Positions 46,501-61,869 of a stretch of DNA of 64,000 nt are shown piece by piece (the first letter of the stretch is position 1; every line of letters begins with the position of its first letter). The position numbers were made by a program, and so were the translations under genes. The stretch is from the human T2T-CHM13v2.0 reference genome, Homo sapiens, in NCBI RefSeq assembly GCF_009914755.1, contig NC_060926.1. The stretch is one strand, 5' to 3'. The notes under the pieces are model-generated. The model did not search any database. It was not told where the DNA came from and saw nothing but the letters and a program-made list of their open reading frames with translations.

Positions 46501-48094
46501 CTACAGGATACTTATTTGAGGTATTGAAAACACCATTACTCAAGTCTGCATTTGAACTTAAAGATTACTGAATAGTCTTAACATCTACTAATATCAGAAA
46601 ATTGTTATGAGTGTACTTCTGTGTTATATAGATAATTGAGATTTTAAATTCTCAAATTTAAAGTTTTTGGTATTTAGTAGGGTTACCTGGCAAATAACTT
46701 AAATATAATAATTTGTAATTCATTGCACCTACTCTTGTACATTTTTATAAGTGAGAATAATTTTAGCTGATTATGTGTGTATATATATATATATATGCAT
46801 CTGCAAACACATATGTGTGTGTATATATAAATAATTCATGTTTTGTAACAAAGTTCTACATTTTCTACAGTTACATGCTGGTGCTATCACTTGGCAATTG
46901 CCGACCCTCCAAAAGGCATGAAAATGAAAATATTTTACAGTATAAATTCTTTCAGGCTACTAGAGAGTACTTTTTGCTAAGCTAGACTTGAAATTTTATA
47001 GCTAGCTCCTTGGCAACCTACAGTGGTTACGTCCTTTTTGAAGAGCTTGATTTATAAACAGGGCATTCTTGGTGTATGCACTTAACATTGGATTTAGAAT
47101 TCTGACCCTATGGTTTCATACCTATACAATGCTGTGGATAGCAATGATGATATGTAGGAAATAAATATTTCAACATTAGACTCATGTTTTCAAAGTGGAT
47201 TCTTCTAGATGCTTTTTAAGATAGCCACATTTGGCCAGAACCCCATGTAATCATCACCCAGTCCCAGTAAGTGACAACCCATGCCCAGTCTTGCCCGCTG
47301 AAAATCCCATTCAGTACTTCTTTTATATTATTTTGAAGCAAACCCAAGATAATCATATAATTTTTTCCATAAATATTTCAGTGTCTATCTCTAAAAGATA
47401 ACCACAATACCATTAACACATCTAAAAAGACTTAGCAATAATTTCTTAATATAATTAAGATAGAATTAGTATTCAGATGTCATTTATTGTTATTCAGAAT
47501 TACCAGTGATTAAGATTGTGATAGATTTTTTCTAAACACACCTATTTTTCTTCCCAAATCTGTTATCCTATTGTCCTTTGATACTTTTTTTTTTTAAACT
47601 CCTTTTCGTCTTGCCCAGCCAGGACCGTACTGTTGGACATTTCAACCACACTCTTATCACTACCTTTAATTCTTTCACCCCTTGACCCTCTTTTATGCTT
47701 ACTCATCCTATCATTAACCCTACATAAAGCTAAAATTGGTTTTCTCTGTGCCTGGGCTGTCAAAAGCTATTGAAGAAAAATGCATAACTGTTGATGGCAC
47801 CATTACACATTTATGATTTTCAGCCTCAGGTGGCCCCTTTGTACCACCTGGTGGTCATTTTACCCATTCCCCATTGAAACAGGAACTATTTCAAATCCAT
47901 ACCTCTTTAATTCCTCAACTTGGCCTCTAGCCAATTTCATCAGGCATCATAGATGACTTGAACATCTATTCTGTGAGAAAGGACAATAGTTGTGAGTTAT
48001 TTCACACTTCTTCCTTACTCTATATTTATTTATCTTTAATTCCTACCCTCTGTTTCAAAACAAACAGATTCTTTCTTCCAAAAAAGTTAATGTT

Positions 48095-48300
48095 TAATAC
48101 CATGGATTCTAGTGCCAGATTGCCTGTTTAGAATTCAGGCTCCACCCCTTCTTAGCTATGTGTCATTGGGCAAGTTATTCAACTCCTTTGTGCTTCAGTT
48201 TTCTCATCTGTAAAATTATAGTTATTACAGTTCTTGTCTTTAGGATTGCTAAGAAAATAAAGTGACAATACATGTAAAATTCTTAGAACAGAGCCTGGAG
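48095..48300. mobile_element. MIR, split by the AluY
   Basis: gggcaagttattcaactcctttgtgcttcagttttctcatctgtaaaat...cttagaacagagcctgg. Confidence 0.8.
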
Positions 48301-48302
48301 CA

Positions 48303-48601
48303 GGCCGGGTGCGGTGGCTCACGCCTATAATCCCAGCACTTTGGGAGGCCGAGGCGGGCGGATCACGAGGTCAGGAGACAGAGACCATCCTGGCTAAAAC
48401 GGTGAAACCCCGTCTCTACTAAAAATACAAAAAATTAGCTGGGCGTGGTGATGGGCGCTTGTAGTCCCAGCTATTTGGGAGGCTGAGGCAGGAGAATGGC
48501 GCCAACCCGGAGGCGGAGCTTGCAGTGAGACGAGATCGCACCACTGCACTCCAGCCTGGGCGACAGAGCGAGACTCCATCTCAAAAAAAAAAAAAAAAAA
48601 A
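48303..48601 (+). mobile_element. AluY
   Basis: ggccgaggcgggcggatcacgaggtcaggaga; ggcggagcttgcagtgag; CpG-rich. Confidence 0.97.
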
Positions 48602-48719
48602 GCATAAGAAAGCACAACCCATGTAACAGTTGTTGTTACAGTTATATTTCCAAAACTCTACTCATGTTCCTGACTCAGGGTCTTTCCAAGGCTCTACCTG
48701 TGTTCCTGATTGTGAAAAG

Positions 48720-49390
48720 TAAGATACAAGAAAGGGATGGGGGAGGCTGCTTTACATTGGATGGCCTGGCAGGCTTCTCTGAGGAAGCGACATTTGAACT
48801 GAGATCTAAAGGATGAGAATAGACCAGTCAAGGGGAAAGCTGGGAGAACATATTCTAGGCAGAGGAAACAAATACAAAGGAGCTGAAAGAAGGAATGTGT
48901 TTAGTATGTTTGAGGAAATGAAAGAAAACTAATTATGGCTGAAGTGTAGCAGGAAGGGTGAGAATGGTTCAAGATGAAGTTGGGGAAATAAGCTGGGTCC
49001 AGATCATATATGGCCTTGTAGGGCAGAGTAACGTGTGTGGATTATATTCTTAGTTCAGTGGAAAGCTATTGGGGGTTTTAACCAAAGGAATAGCATGATC
49101 TAATTGGTATCTTGTGAAGATTATTCTTTTTGCTCCATGGAGAATAGATTTTTAGGACAAGAGTAAAATGGGGAAAAGTTGATAAAAGACTATTGCATTA
49201 TTCTAAGTTAGAGATGATAGTCATTTGGATTGTGGTGGTGGCAATAGTAATGGATTGAAATACATGAATTCAAGATGTAATTTGGAGGTAAAAGGTGATG
49301 GATTAGATGTGAGGGATGTTGAAGGAAAGATAAGAATCAAGTATAACTTCTAAATTATTGGCTTGAACAATAAGGCAGATAGTGGTTTAA
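48720..49390. mobile_element. L2 relic
   Basis: ggcttctctgaggaagcgacatttgaactgagatctaaaggatgag...tggagaatagatt. Confidence 0.75.
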
Positions 49391-49639
49391 TTTACGTAAA
49401 TCATTCTCTAGGAGAGTCAACAATCTCCAGGCACCCAAAGGTAGTGGTAAGGAATAATACAAGGTCAACTACAAAGTTACTCATTTTGGTTTCAAAAATG
49501 GCCTTGGCTTCTCGTTCCTCATAAATTGGTAAATCTTGAGGAAAACTTCCACTTATTTATGTCTGGTGTCTTTTTAGCTTTTAAAAAATCAACTCCATAG
49601 AGGTAAAATTTGCATATAATCAATGCACCCATTTTATTT

Positions 49640-50995
49640 TTTATTTACTTTTTCTTTTAAAAAACATTTATTTTAGATTCTGGGGAGTATATGTGCAGGT
49701 TTGTTACAAAGACATATTGCATGATGCTGAGGTTTGAAGTACACTTGAACCCATCACCCAGAAAGTGAGCATAGTACCTAATACGCAGTTTTTCAACCCC
49801 TGTCATCTTCCTTCCCTCCTTCCTCTTATATTCCCCAATGTCTGTTCCCATCTTTGAATCTGTGTGTACTTAATGTTTGGCTCCCACTTATAAGTGAGAA
49901 CATGCAGTATTTGGTTGTCTGTTCCTGCATTAATTTGCTTAGGATAATGGCCTCCAGCCGCATCCTAATTGCTGCAAAGGATATGATTTATTTTTTATGG
50001 TTGCATAGTATTCCGTGGTATATATGTAACATATTTTCTTTATCCAGTCCACTGTTGATGGGCTGGTTTGATTCCATGTCTTTGCCACTGTGAATAGTGC
50101 TGTGATGAACATAGAAGTACATGTGTCTTATTGGTAGAATGATTATATTCCTTTGAGTATATATCCAGTAATGGGATTGCTGGGTCAAATGGTAGTTCAA
50201 TTTTCAGTTCTTTTCAGAAATCTCCAAACTTCTGTCCATGATGGTTGAACTGATATGCATTCCCACCAACAGTGCATAAGCATTCCCTTTTCTCTGCAGC
50301 CCTCACCAACATCTGTTATTTCTTGACTTTTTAACAAAAGCTGTTCTGACCAGTGTGAGATGGTATGTCGGTGATTTGCATTTCTCTGATGATTTGTGGT
50401 GATGAGCATTTTTTCATGTGTTTATTGGCCATTTGTATGTCTTCTTTTGAGAAGTGTCTGTTCATGTCCTTTGCCTACTTCTTAATGGGATTATTTGTTT
50501 TTTGCTTGTTGAATTAAGCTCCTTATAGATTCTAGATATTAGGCCTTTGTTGGTATAGTTTACAGATATTTTTCTCCATTCCGTAGGCTGTCTGTTTACT
50601 CTGTTGATGGTGTTTCTCTTGCTGTGCAGAAGCTCTTTAGTTTACTTAGGTCCCATTTGCTGATTTTTGGTTTTGGTGCAATTGCTTTTGAGGACTTAGC
50701 CATAAATTATTTGCCAAGGCTGATACAGAGGAGGGTATTTCCTAGCTTTTCTTCTGAGATTTTTATAGGTTGAGGTCTTCTGTTTAAGTCTTTAATCCAT
50801 CTTGAGTTAATTTTTTTATATGGTGATAGCTAGGGGGCCAGTTTCATTCTTCAGCATATGATTAGCCTGTTACCCCAGCACCATTTATTGAATAGGGAGT
50901 CTTTTCCTCCTTGCTTGTTTTTGTCAACTTTGTTGAAAATCAGATGGTTGTAGATGTGTGGCTTTATCTCTGTGTTCTTTATTCTGTTCCATTAG
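49640..50995 (-). mobile_element. 5'-truncated L1PA15/16-like element
   Basis: gtgcaggtttgttaca...gatgctgaggtttg...cccatcacccagaaagtgagcatagtacc; antisense ORF2 C-terminus. Confidence 0.85.
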
Positions 50996-51380
50996 TCTTA
51001 AGTGTGCATTTTAATGAGTTTTAATGAATGTATATACCAGTGTAAACACCACTCCAATCAAGTTATTGTTTCTGCTGTATTACTCTGAAAATTCCCACAT
51101 GTCCCTTTTCAGGCAATCCCCTACTCCACCACCAGGAAGCTACAGATCCATGTATTGTCACTATAGTTTAGACTGTTGTAGAATTATATATAAATGGAAT
51201 TATACAGTATGTAATATTTTATGGATGCCTTTTTTCCCTCAAATCATTATTTTTTGAGATTCATTCATGTTGTTTGTTTTCTATTAGTAGTTTAGTCTTT
51301 TTGAATTTTGGAGTAGTATTCCACTGTATGAATTTACTACCACAGATTTGTTCATCCATTCCACCCAACTGTTGATAAAA

Positions 51381-51472
51381 CAAAAATTGGCAAGTGGGAC
51401 CTAAGTAAACTAAAGAGCTAAGTAAACACCATCAGCAGAGTAAGCAGCCTACAGAATGGGAGAAAAATGAAT
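51381..51472 (+). mobile_element. 92-bp internal L1 ORF2 patch, no poly(A), flanked by a 13-bp direct repeat
   Basis: actgttgataaaa at 51368-51380 and 51473-51485. Confidence 0.85.
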
Positions 51473-51614
51473 ACTGTTGATAAAAAGTTGGGTTGTTTCC
51501 AGCTGGAAGCTATTGTGAATCAAGCTGTTAGGGACATTTGTGCACAAGATTTTTTGTGAATATAAATTTTCATTATTCTTGGGTAAATATCTAGGAATGG
51601 AATGGCTGGGTTTT

Positions 51615-52330
51615 TTTTCTTTTTTCTATTTCAAATTTTATTTGTCTTTTTTATTATTATACTTTAAGTTTTAGGGTACATGTGCACAATGTGCAGGTTT
51701 GTTACATATGTATACATGTGCCATGTTGGTGTGCTGCACCTATTAACTCGTCATTTAGCATTAGGTATATCTCCTAATGCTGTCCCTCCCCTGTGCCCCC
51801 ACCCCACAACAGTCCCCAGTGTGTGATGTTCCCCTTCCTGTGTCCATGTGTTCTCATTGTTCAGTTCCTACCTATGAGTGAGAACATGCGGTGTTTGGTT
51901 TTTTGTCCTTGCAGTAGTTTGCTGAGAATGATGGTTTCCAGCTTCATCCATGTTCCTACAAAGGACATGAACTCATCATTTTATGGCTGCATGGTATTCC
52001 ATGGTGTATATGTGCCACATTTTCTTAATCCAGTCTATCATTGTTGGACATTTGGGTTGGTTCCAAGTCTTTGCTATTGTGAATAGTGCCGCAATAAATA
52101 TACGTGTGCATGTGTCTTTATAGCAGCATGATTTATAGTCCTTTGGGTATATACCCAATAATGGGATGGCTGGGTCAAATAGTATTTCTAGTTCTAGATC
52201 CCTGAGGAATCACCACACTGACTTCCACAATGGTTGAACTAGTTTACAGTCCCACCAACAGTGTAAAAGTGTTCCTATTTCTCCACATCCTCTCCAGCAC
52301 CTGTTGTTTCCTGACTTTCTAATGATTGCC
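51615..52330 (-). mobile_element. 5'-truncated L1PA4/5-like element
   Basis: 16-bp TSD ggaatggctgggtttt at 51599-51614 and 52331-52346; L1 3'UTR and ORF2 end. Confidence 0.95.
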
Positions 52331-53774
52331 GGAATGGCTGGGTTTTATGGTATGTATGGTATATGTTTAACTTTGTAAGAAACTGCCAGACTGTTCTCTA
52401 AAGTGATTGTACCATTTTACATCCCCCAGCAGTGTATGAGAGTTTCAGTTGCTTCACATCCTTACTAACGCTTGGTATGATTAGTCTTTTTAAATTTAGC
52501 CATTCCAATGGCTATGTAATAGTATCTTATTGTGATTTCAATTTGCATTCCCCTAATGATTGCTGATGTTGAATTTTTTTCATGTGTTTATTGACCATTT
52601 GTATATATTTTTTGGGACATGTTCAAATCTTTTGTACAGTTTTTAGTTGAATTGGATACCTTTTTATTAAATTGCAATAATTCTGTATATAACCTATACA
52701 AATACATTTAATAAATACATATATTTAACAAATCAGTTGTTAAATGTAAGTATTGCAGATTTTTTCCCAGTCTTTGGCTTGCCTTTTTATTTTATTAATA
52801 CTGTCTTTTTAAGAGCAGAAGATTTTAGTTTTTATAAAATCTAAGTTATCTTTTTTTTCTTTTATGGCTAGTGCATTTTGTGTTCTAAAAAGTTTTGCTC
52901 ACACAAACATCATGAAGATTTTTCTCCTATGTTTTAATTTGGATATTTTAAAGCTTTAGCATTTATGTTTAGGAATGTGATATATTTGAATATTATTTTT
53001 AATACAGTGTGAGGTAAGGGTCGAGGTTCATTTTTTTTCCGTACCGATATCCAGTTGTTCTAGCATTACTTGGTGAAAAGATCATCTTTTCTCCCATTGA
53101 ATTACTTTTACATATTGTTGAAAATTAATTGATGTAAATGTCCAGATCTCTTACTGGACTGTCTTTTCTATTCCCTTAATCTGTATGTCTACCATTATGC
53201 CAATACCATACTGTTTTGATTACTGTAGATTTACAAGTCCTTAAATCAGGTACTGTAAGTCATCTAATTTTGTTCTACTTTTTCCACATTGGTTTTGGAT
53301 ATTTTAGGTCCTTTGTATTTCATATAAATGTTAGAATCAGGTTGGCAATCTCTAAAAAATCAAAAGAAGAAGGCTGTTGTGATTTTAATTGGGATTGCAT
53401 TGAATTCATAGATGAATTTAAAGAGAAGATAATTCACATCTTAATAATATTGAGTCTTTTGATCCATAATAATGATATCTCACTCCATTTATTTAGGTCT
53501 TCTTTAATTTCTGTTAGTAGTGTTTTGTAGTTTTCAGTGAACAGATCTTGTACACCCACTCCGATGTGCATAATTATTCCTATTATTTTGTTTTCTTTTT
53601 AAATGCTATTGTTAATGGTATTGTATTTTTATTTCATTTTCCAATTGTTTAGTGCTAGCATATAGAAATACAATTGATTTTTATACTGACCTTTAATGCT
53701 GTGACATTGCTAAATTCACTTATTAATTCTGATAGCTTTTTAAAGGATTTTATAGAATATTTTATGTATAACAG

Positions 53775-54115
53775 TGATTTAGTCCATTTGGGCTATTATG
53801 TCAAAATACCATAAACTGGGTAGCTTATAAAAAACAGAAATTTATTTCTCAGTTTTGGAAGCTGGGAAGTCCTCAAGGCACCAGCAGATTAGGTGTCTGA
53901 TGAGGGCCCATTCCTTCTCGACTGTATCCTCACACGGTAGAAGGGGCTAGCTAGCTCTTTGGGGTCTTCTTTATAAGTGCACTAATTCCATTCATGAGAG
54001 CTTCACCCTCATGACTTAATCACCTCCTAAAGGCCATACCTCCTAAACTCATCATTTTGGGGGTTAGGATTTCAACATATGAATTTTGGGGGGACACAAC
54101 ATTCAGAACATTGCA
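53775..54115 (-). mobile_element. MLT1A0-like ERVL-MaLR LTR
   Basis: ttagtccatttgggcta...caaggcaccagcagatt...gggggacacaacattcagaacattgca. Confidence 0.85.
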
Positions 54116-55009
54116 CGAGACCATGTCCTGTATGAATAAAGACAATTTTACTTCACCCTTTCTAGTCTGTATGTCTTGATTTCCTTTTCTTGCTCTAGTG
54201 CACTGGCTGGGAGATCCAGTGCAGCACTGAATAGAAGTGTTTACAGTGGATATCCTTGCCTCGTTTCTGATCTTAGGATAGGGATTTAGTGTTTCACCAT
54301 TAATTAAGAAGTTAAGTATAGATTTTTTTGGTGAATGTCCTTTATGAGAGAATGTCCTTCTATTTCTAGTTTGTTGAGAAATTTTTTCATAAATGTATGT
54401 TAAATTTTGTGAAATTATTTTCCTGCCTCTTTTGAGATGATTGTATAGCTTTTCTCCTTTACTTTGTTAATGTGGTAAATTACATGATTTTCTAATGTTA
54501 ATTCAACCTTACAGAATAGGGATTAGATACTGTTTTATCATAAGGTATTATCCTTTATAGATATTACTGGATTTGATTTGCTATTTTGTTTAGGATTATA
54601 TGATTTTATTAAGGGTGGTGTCATCTATGTTCATACTAGTTACAGTCTTTTTAAATAAGTTTTATTATAGTTTCTTTTTGTCTGGTTTTGGTATCAGGGT
54701 ATTGCTGGACTCGTAAAATACACTGGCAAATGTTCTTCCTTCTTATGTTTTCTGAAAAAATTTACAGAAAATTGCTAGTAATTCTTCCCTTAATGCTTGA
54801 TAGAATTAATCAGTGAATCCATCTGAACCTGGAGTGTGTTTGGGAAAAAAAGTTTCGTTCACAGATTCAATTAAATAGACATAGGCCTCTTCAGATTTTT
54901 TACTTCTTCTTGTGTCAGTTTTGACAACTTATATCTTTCAAGGAATTTGTCTATTTCATGTAATTTTCCAAACTTATTAGCATAAACTTATTTATAATGG
55001 TCCCATTTT

Positions 55010-55014
<5 letters not shown>

Positions 55015-55044
<30 letters not shown>

Positions 55045-55318
55045 AGATGGAGTCTCACTCTGTCACCTAGGCTGGAGTGCAGTGGTGCAATCTCAGACTC
55101 TGCCTCCCGGATTCAAGCGATTCTCATTCCTCAGCCTCCCGAGTAGCTGGGACTACATATGCGTGCCACCACACCTGGCTAATTTTTGTATTTTTAGTAG
55201 AGACAGAATTTCACCATGTTGGCCAGGCTGGTCTCTAACTCCTGACCTCAGGTGATCCACCCACCTTCTCGGCCTCCCAGAGTGCTGGGATTATAGGCAT
55301 GAGCCACCATGCCTAGCC
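55015..55318 (-). mobile_element. AluS with ~30-nt pure T tract
   Basis: Antisense Alu with a small internal deletion. Confidence 0.93.
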
Positions 55319-55375
55319 CCTTTTTATTCTTTTAATGTCTATAGGAACTGTAGCAATCAATGTTCCCTATTTCAG

Positions 55376-55560
55376 TCCCAACAGTGCAAGTAGCTGGGAC
55401 TACAGACACATTCCACCGTGCATGGCTAATTTTTAAATTTTTTTGTAGAGATGGCATCTCACTATGTCACCCAGGCTAGTCTCAAACTCTTGAGCTCGAG
55501 CAGTCCTCCCACCTTGGGGTCCCAAAGTGCTGAGATTACAGGCATGAGCCACTGTGCCCA
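55376..55560 (-). mobile_element. AluJ partial
   Basis: caagtagctgggactacag...gagccactgtgccc. Confidence 0.85.
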
Positions 55561-55737
55561 TCATTAATTTGTATTTCATCTCTCTTTTTCTTCTTGAGCA
55601 GTCTAGCTTCTAGCTTAAGGTTTATCAATTTTATTAATTTCTTCAGAGAACTGGCTTTTTGTTTCATTGTTTTTCTCTATTGTTTGTCTGTTTTCTATAT
55701 CTTTTCTTTCTCCTTTTATCTTTTCAGTTCCTTATTT

Positions 55738-55825
55738 CTAATTATTTGGGGTTTAATATAGACTTTTCTAGCTTCCAAAAGCTAATTATTTGGGGCTTAA
55801 CGTAAATTTTTCTAGCTTCTGAAAG
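55738..55825. repeat. Diverged 44-bp tandem duplication within L1M
   Basis: ctaattatttgggg...ttttctagcttc at 55738 and 55782. Confidence 0.8.
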
Positions 55826-55865
55826 TGAAAGCTTAGGTCATTGATTTCAAACCTTTTTTTCTAAG

Positions 55866-55952
55866 TTTTTTTTTTTTTTAGATACAAGGTCTCACTATGT
55901 TGTCCAGGCTGGTCTTGAGCTCCTAGGTTCAAGTGATCCACCTGCCTCAGTC
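55866..55952 (-). mobile_element. Alu/FLAM fragment
   Basis: ggtctcactatgttgtccaggctggtcttgagctcc. Confidence 0.75.
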
Positions 55953-56669
55953 AAATCTTTTTTCTTATGTAAGCATTCAAAGCTGCAAATTGACCCTGTA
56001 AGCCCTACTCTTCCAACAAATTTTGATATGCTATATTTTAATTTGGTTCAACATATTTTTAATGTTTCTTATGATTTATTCTTTGACCTATACATTTTTT
56101 AAACAGTATATTGTTTAATTGCCAAATATTTGAGAGTTTTCAAGACATCTTTTTTGTTATTGATTTTCAACTTAATTTTAGTTTGGTCAGAGAATAGAGT
56201 CTGGATAATTTCAATCTTTAAGTTATTGAAGAATTGTTATATAGCCCATCAAATGGTTTATCTGGGTAAATGTTTCATGTACACTTGAAAAAACATATAT
56301 TCTGCCCTTGTTTGAGGTCCTGTTTTGTAAATATCAGTTAAAACAAGTTGGTTAATAGTGTTATTGTCATATTCTACATCCTTACTCATTTTATGTCTAC
56401 TTGCTCTGCCAATTACTGAGAGAAGAGTAGTGAAATCTCCTATATAATATATACGTATGTGTCTATATTTCTGTTTATTTCTATCAGCTTCTGCTTCATG
56501 TATTTTGAAGCTCATATTTGTTGCGTACATATTTATGATTGTTATGTTGTCTTTTTGATGATTTGACTCCTACGTCTTTATGAAATGTCTTTCTTTATCC
56601 TCAGTAATATTTGTTCTTTGAAGTCCGCTGTGTCTGATATCAATACAGCTACACTAACCTCATGATTAG

Positions 56670-58781
<2,112 letters not shown>

Positions 58782-59699
58782 CAATTTTTTATTTTTTTTG
58801 TACAGATGATGTCTCACTTTATTGCCCATGTTGGTCTTGATCTCCTGGACTCAAGCAATCCTTCTGCCTCAGCCTCCCAAAGTGTGATTAGTAGCATGAG
58901 CCACTGCTCCCAGCTGTGTATGCATTTCTTGCGGACAGTTGTATAGTTGGGTCTTGGATTTTGAGCCCATCTGACAAGTTTTTCTTTTTAATTGTACTGT
59001 TTAATTGAACTGAATTTAATTATTGATATGGTTATGTTTAAGTTTACTATCTTGCTATTTGTTTTCTGTTTGTCTTTTTTGTTCATTATTCTTTTTACCT
59101 CTTTCCTGTCTTCTTTTGTATTATTTTTTATTATTTCAGTTTTCTCTACTCTTGGTTTAGTGGCTATACCTCTTTGTTTAGAATTTAGGTGTTCCCTAAG
59201 GTTTAAACTATATAACTTTAATTTATATTCACCTTCACATAATATTATACTATTTCACATATAATGTTAGAAGCTTTAAGAATATACTTCCACTTCCCCA
59301 CCCTCTCCTTTATGCTGTTATCGTACATTTTACTTCTACAGATGTCATAAACCTCACAATACACTGGCATTATTTTTTCTTTAAATGGTTAATTTTCCTT
59401 GAAAGCAACTTAAAAAAAGAAAAATGTTTGTATTTACCCATGTACTTACCATTTTCAGCACTCTTCACTGATTTTTATATATACCTGAGTTTCTATGTAG
59501 TATTAATACCATTTTCCTTTCACTTGAAGACCTTCTTTAATTATTTCTCACTGTGCAAGTCTGCTAGTAATATCATCTTTTGTTTGTCAGGAAAATTTTT
59601 ATTTTTTCCTTTATCATTGTAGTAACTTTTCAATGAACATAGAATACTGAGTTGATGTCATTTTTTAAACACTTTTCTCTGGATAAATTATTTTTTATT

Positions 59700-59904
59700 T
59701 TTTGAGGCGTTAGTTTATTTTTCAAAATAAATTTCATCGTATGTATTTGAGGTTTACAACATGATGTTATAGATACACATAGATAGTAAAGTTGTGACAA
59801 CAGTGAAACAGATTAACATGTCTATAATTTCACATAGTCACTTTTTTTGTGTGACAAGAGCAACTAAAATCCTACATATCTAACAAAAATCCCTAATACA
59901 GTAC
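59700..59904 (-). mobile_element. L1MA 3' end fragment, split by MLT2A
   Basis: gaggtttacaacatgatgttatagatacacatagatagtaaa... Confidence 0.75.
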
Positions 59905-60351
59905 AGTGATGGTTAATACGGAGTATCAACTTGGTTGGATTGAAAGATGCAAAGTATTGATCCTGGGTGCATCTGTAAGGGTGTTGCCAAAGGAGATTAC
60001 CATTTGAGTCAGTGGGCTGGGAAAGGCAGACTCCCTTTAATCTGGGCCGGCACCATCTAATCAGCTCCCAGTGTGGCTAGAATATAAGGCAGGCAGAAAA
60101 ACATACAAAGACTAGACTGGCCTAGCCTCCCAGCCTACATCTTTCTCCTATGCTGAATGCTTCCTGCCCTCGAACATCAGACTCCAAGTTCTTTAGTTTT
60201 GGGTCTCAGGCTGGCTCTCCTTGCTCCTCATCTTGCAGATGGCCTATTGTGGAACCTTGTGATCATGTGAGTTAATACTTAATAAACTCCCCTTTCTATA
60301 TATATATCTATCCTATTAGTTCTTTCCCTCTAGAGAACCCTGACTAACACA
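59905..60351 (+). mobile_element. MLT2A (HERV-L) solo LTR
   Basis: gtgatggttaatac...gatgcaaagtattgatcctgggtg...ctagagaaccctgactaacaca; 5-bp TSD agtac at 59900-59904 and 60352-60356. Confidence 0.92.
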
Positions 60352-61869
60352 AGTACAATTTTATTAACTGCGTAAAGAATTTACTTTGATTTTTTTCTTT
60401 AATACTTGAAAATTTTCATTCCATTGTCCCCTGGCTTCTATTATTTCTGACGAGAAGTCAAAAGTACACCCATTTTTGTTATTTTGAATGTACTGTCTTT
60501 GGGGAGTGGTGATTATAAAAAAGAGAACTTTATCACTGGTTTTTAGTAATTTGATTATGATGTGCCTTAATGTTATTTTCTTTGTGTTTACTCTGCTTTG
60601 GGTTTGCTGGCCTTATGTATCTTTGGTTTTATGATTTTCATCAAGTTTTGGGCTTATTCCTTTGAATATATTTCTGTGCCATTTCTTTCCCCATTCCTGT
60701 GGGGCATCAATTATGTATATGTTAGGCAGATGTTATTCAATATGTCACTGAGGCTCTGTTGTTTTTCGTTTTTTACCCCTTTCTCTTTCTCTTTCAGTTT
60801 GGTTAGTTTCTATCACTCTTACCAATGTTTACATCTGCACTGACTAATCTGATGTTAAGCCTATCCGACAAAATTTTAATTTCAGGTATTATATATTTTT
60901 TACTCTAAGAGTTCATTTGTTTTCTTTCTTTTTGGTTTCTATTTCTCTTTTCATTATGTTTCTATTTTCCTTTAATCTTTGAATATGTTTGTATTATCCT
61001 TTTATATACTTGTTGTTTTGCTAAATCCATCATCTTTGTCACTTCTGAGTCCACTTCTATGGTTAAATTTTCTTGAGTTTCTTTTATCATACTTTTTTTC
61101 TTCTTTAAACATCTAGTAAGTTTTTGAGGATGCAGGATACTGTGAACATTACATTGTTGAGGGTCTGAATTTATTTTTTGTTTTGGTAGTCAGTTAAGCT
61201 ACTTGTGGATCAGTTTGATTCTTTCAACACTTATTTTTGGTTTTGGTTTTTGGGGTTTTTTTAAGCTTTTGGAGGACATGTCTAGTGTGACCTTTACTTT
61301 ATGCTAGTTTAACCCTACTATTAAAGCCTTACCTTTTGGTGTTTTCACTGAATGCCTCTGTTATTTAATAATATCTCTCTACTATGGCTAGAAGTAACTG
61401 GAACATCTTACAGACTATTGTTTTTTTGCCTAGCCTGATGGAGTCTCACACTGCAACACACAGCTTAGTGCTCAGGCAAAGATTCAAGGAAGACTCTGCA
61501 TCGGTTTCTGAAACTCTACTTATGCATAGCTCCCTCTTCTCTGGTATTGTGCCCTGAAAATTCCAGCCACCTCAGCCTCCCCTAATTTCATCTCTACCTC
61601 CTCAACTTAATGAGTCATCCACTTTCTGCTTGTAGTGATCTTAAGTCTCACTTCACTTGTTTCCCTTTTCTCAGAGATCGCAGTCCTTTGCTGCCTGTTG
61701 TCCAATAGCTGAAAACAATGGTTCGATATATTTTGTCCAGTTTTCCAATTGTTTATAATTGGAGGTCAACTCTAGTACCAGCTTTCAGTCATCACTAGAA
61801 GCAGAAGCATTTTAATGCCTTTTAAATATAATAGTATATTGTTTAGAAATTTACTTATACATCATACCA

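Noticed and set aside
48297-48604. AluY with only a 4-bp apparent TSD (agca)
   Set aside because: The TSD boundary is ambiguous against the poly(A) tail and short TSDs occur normally; not enough to call an atypical insertion.
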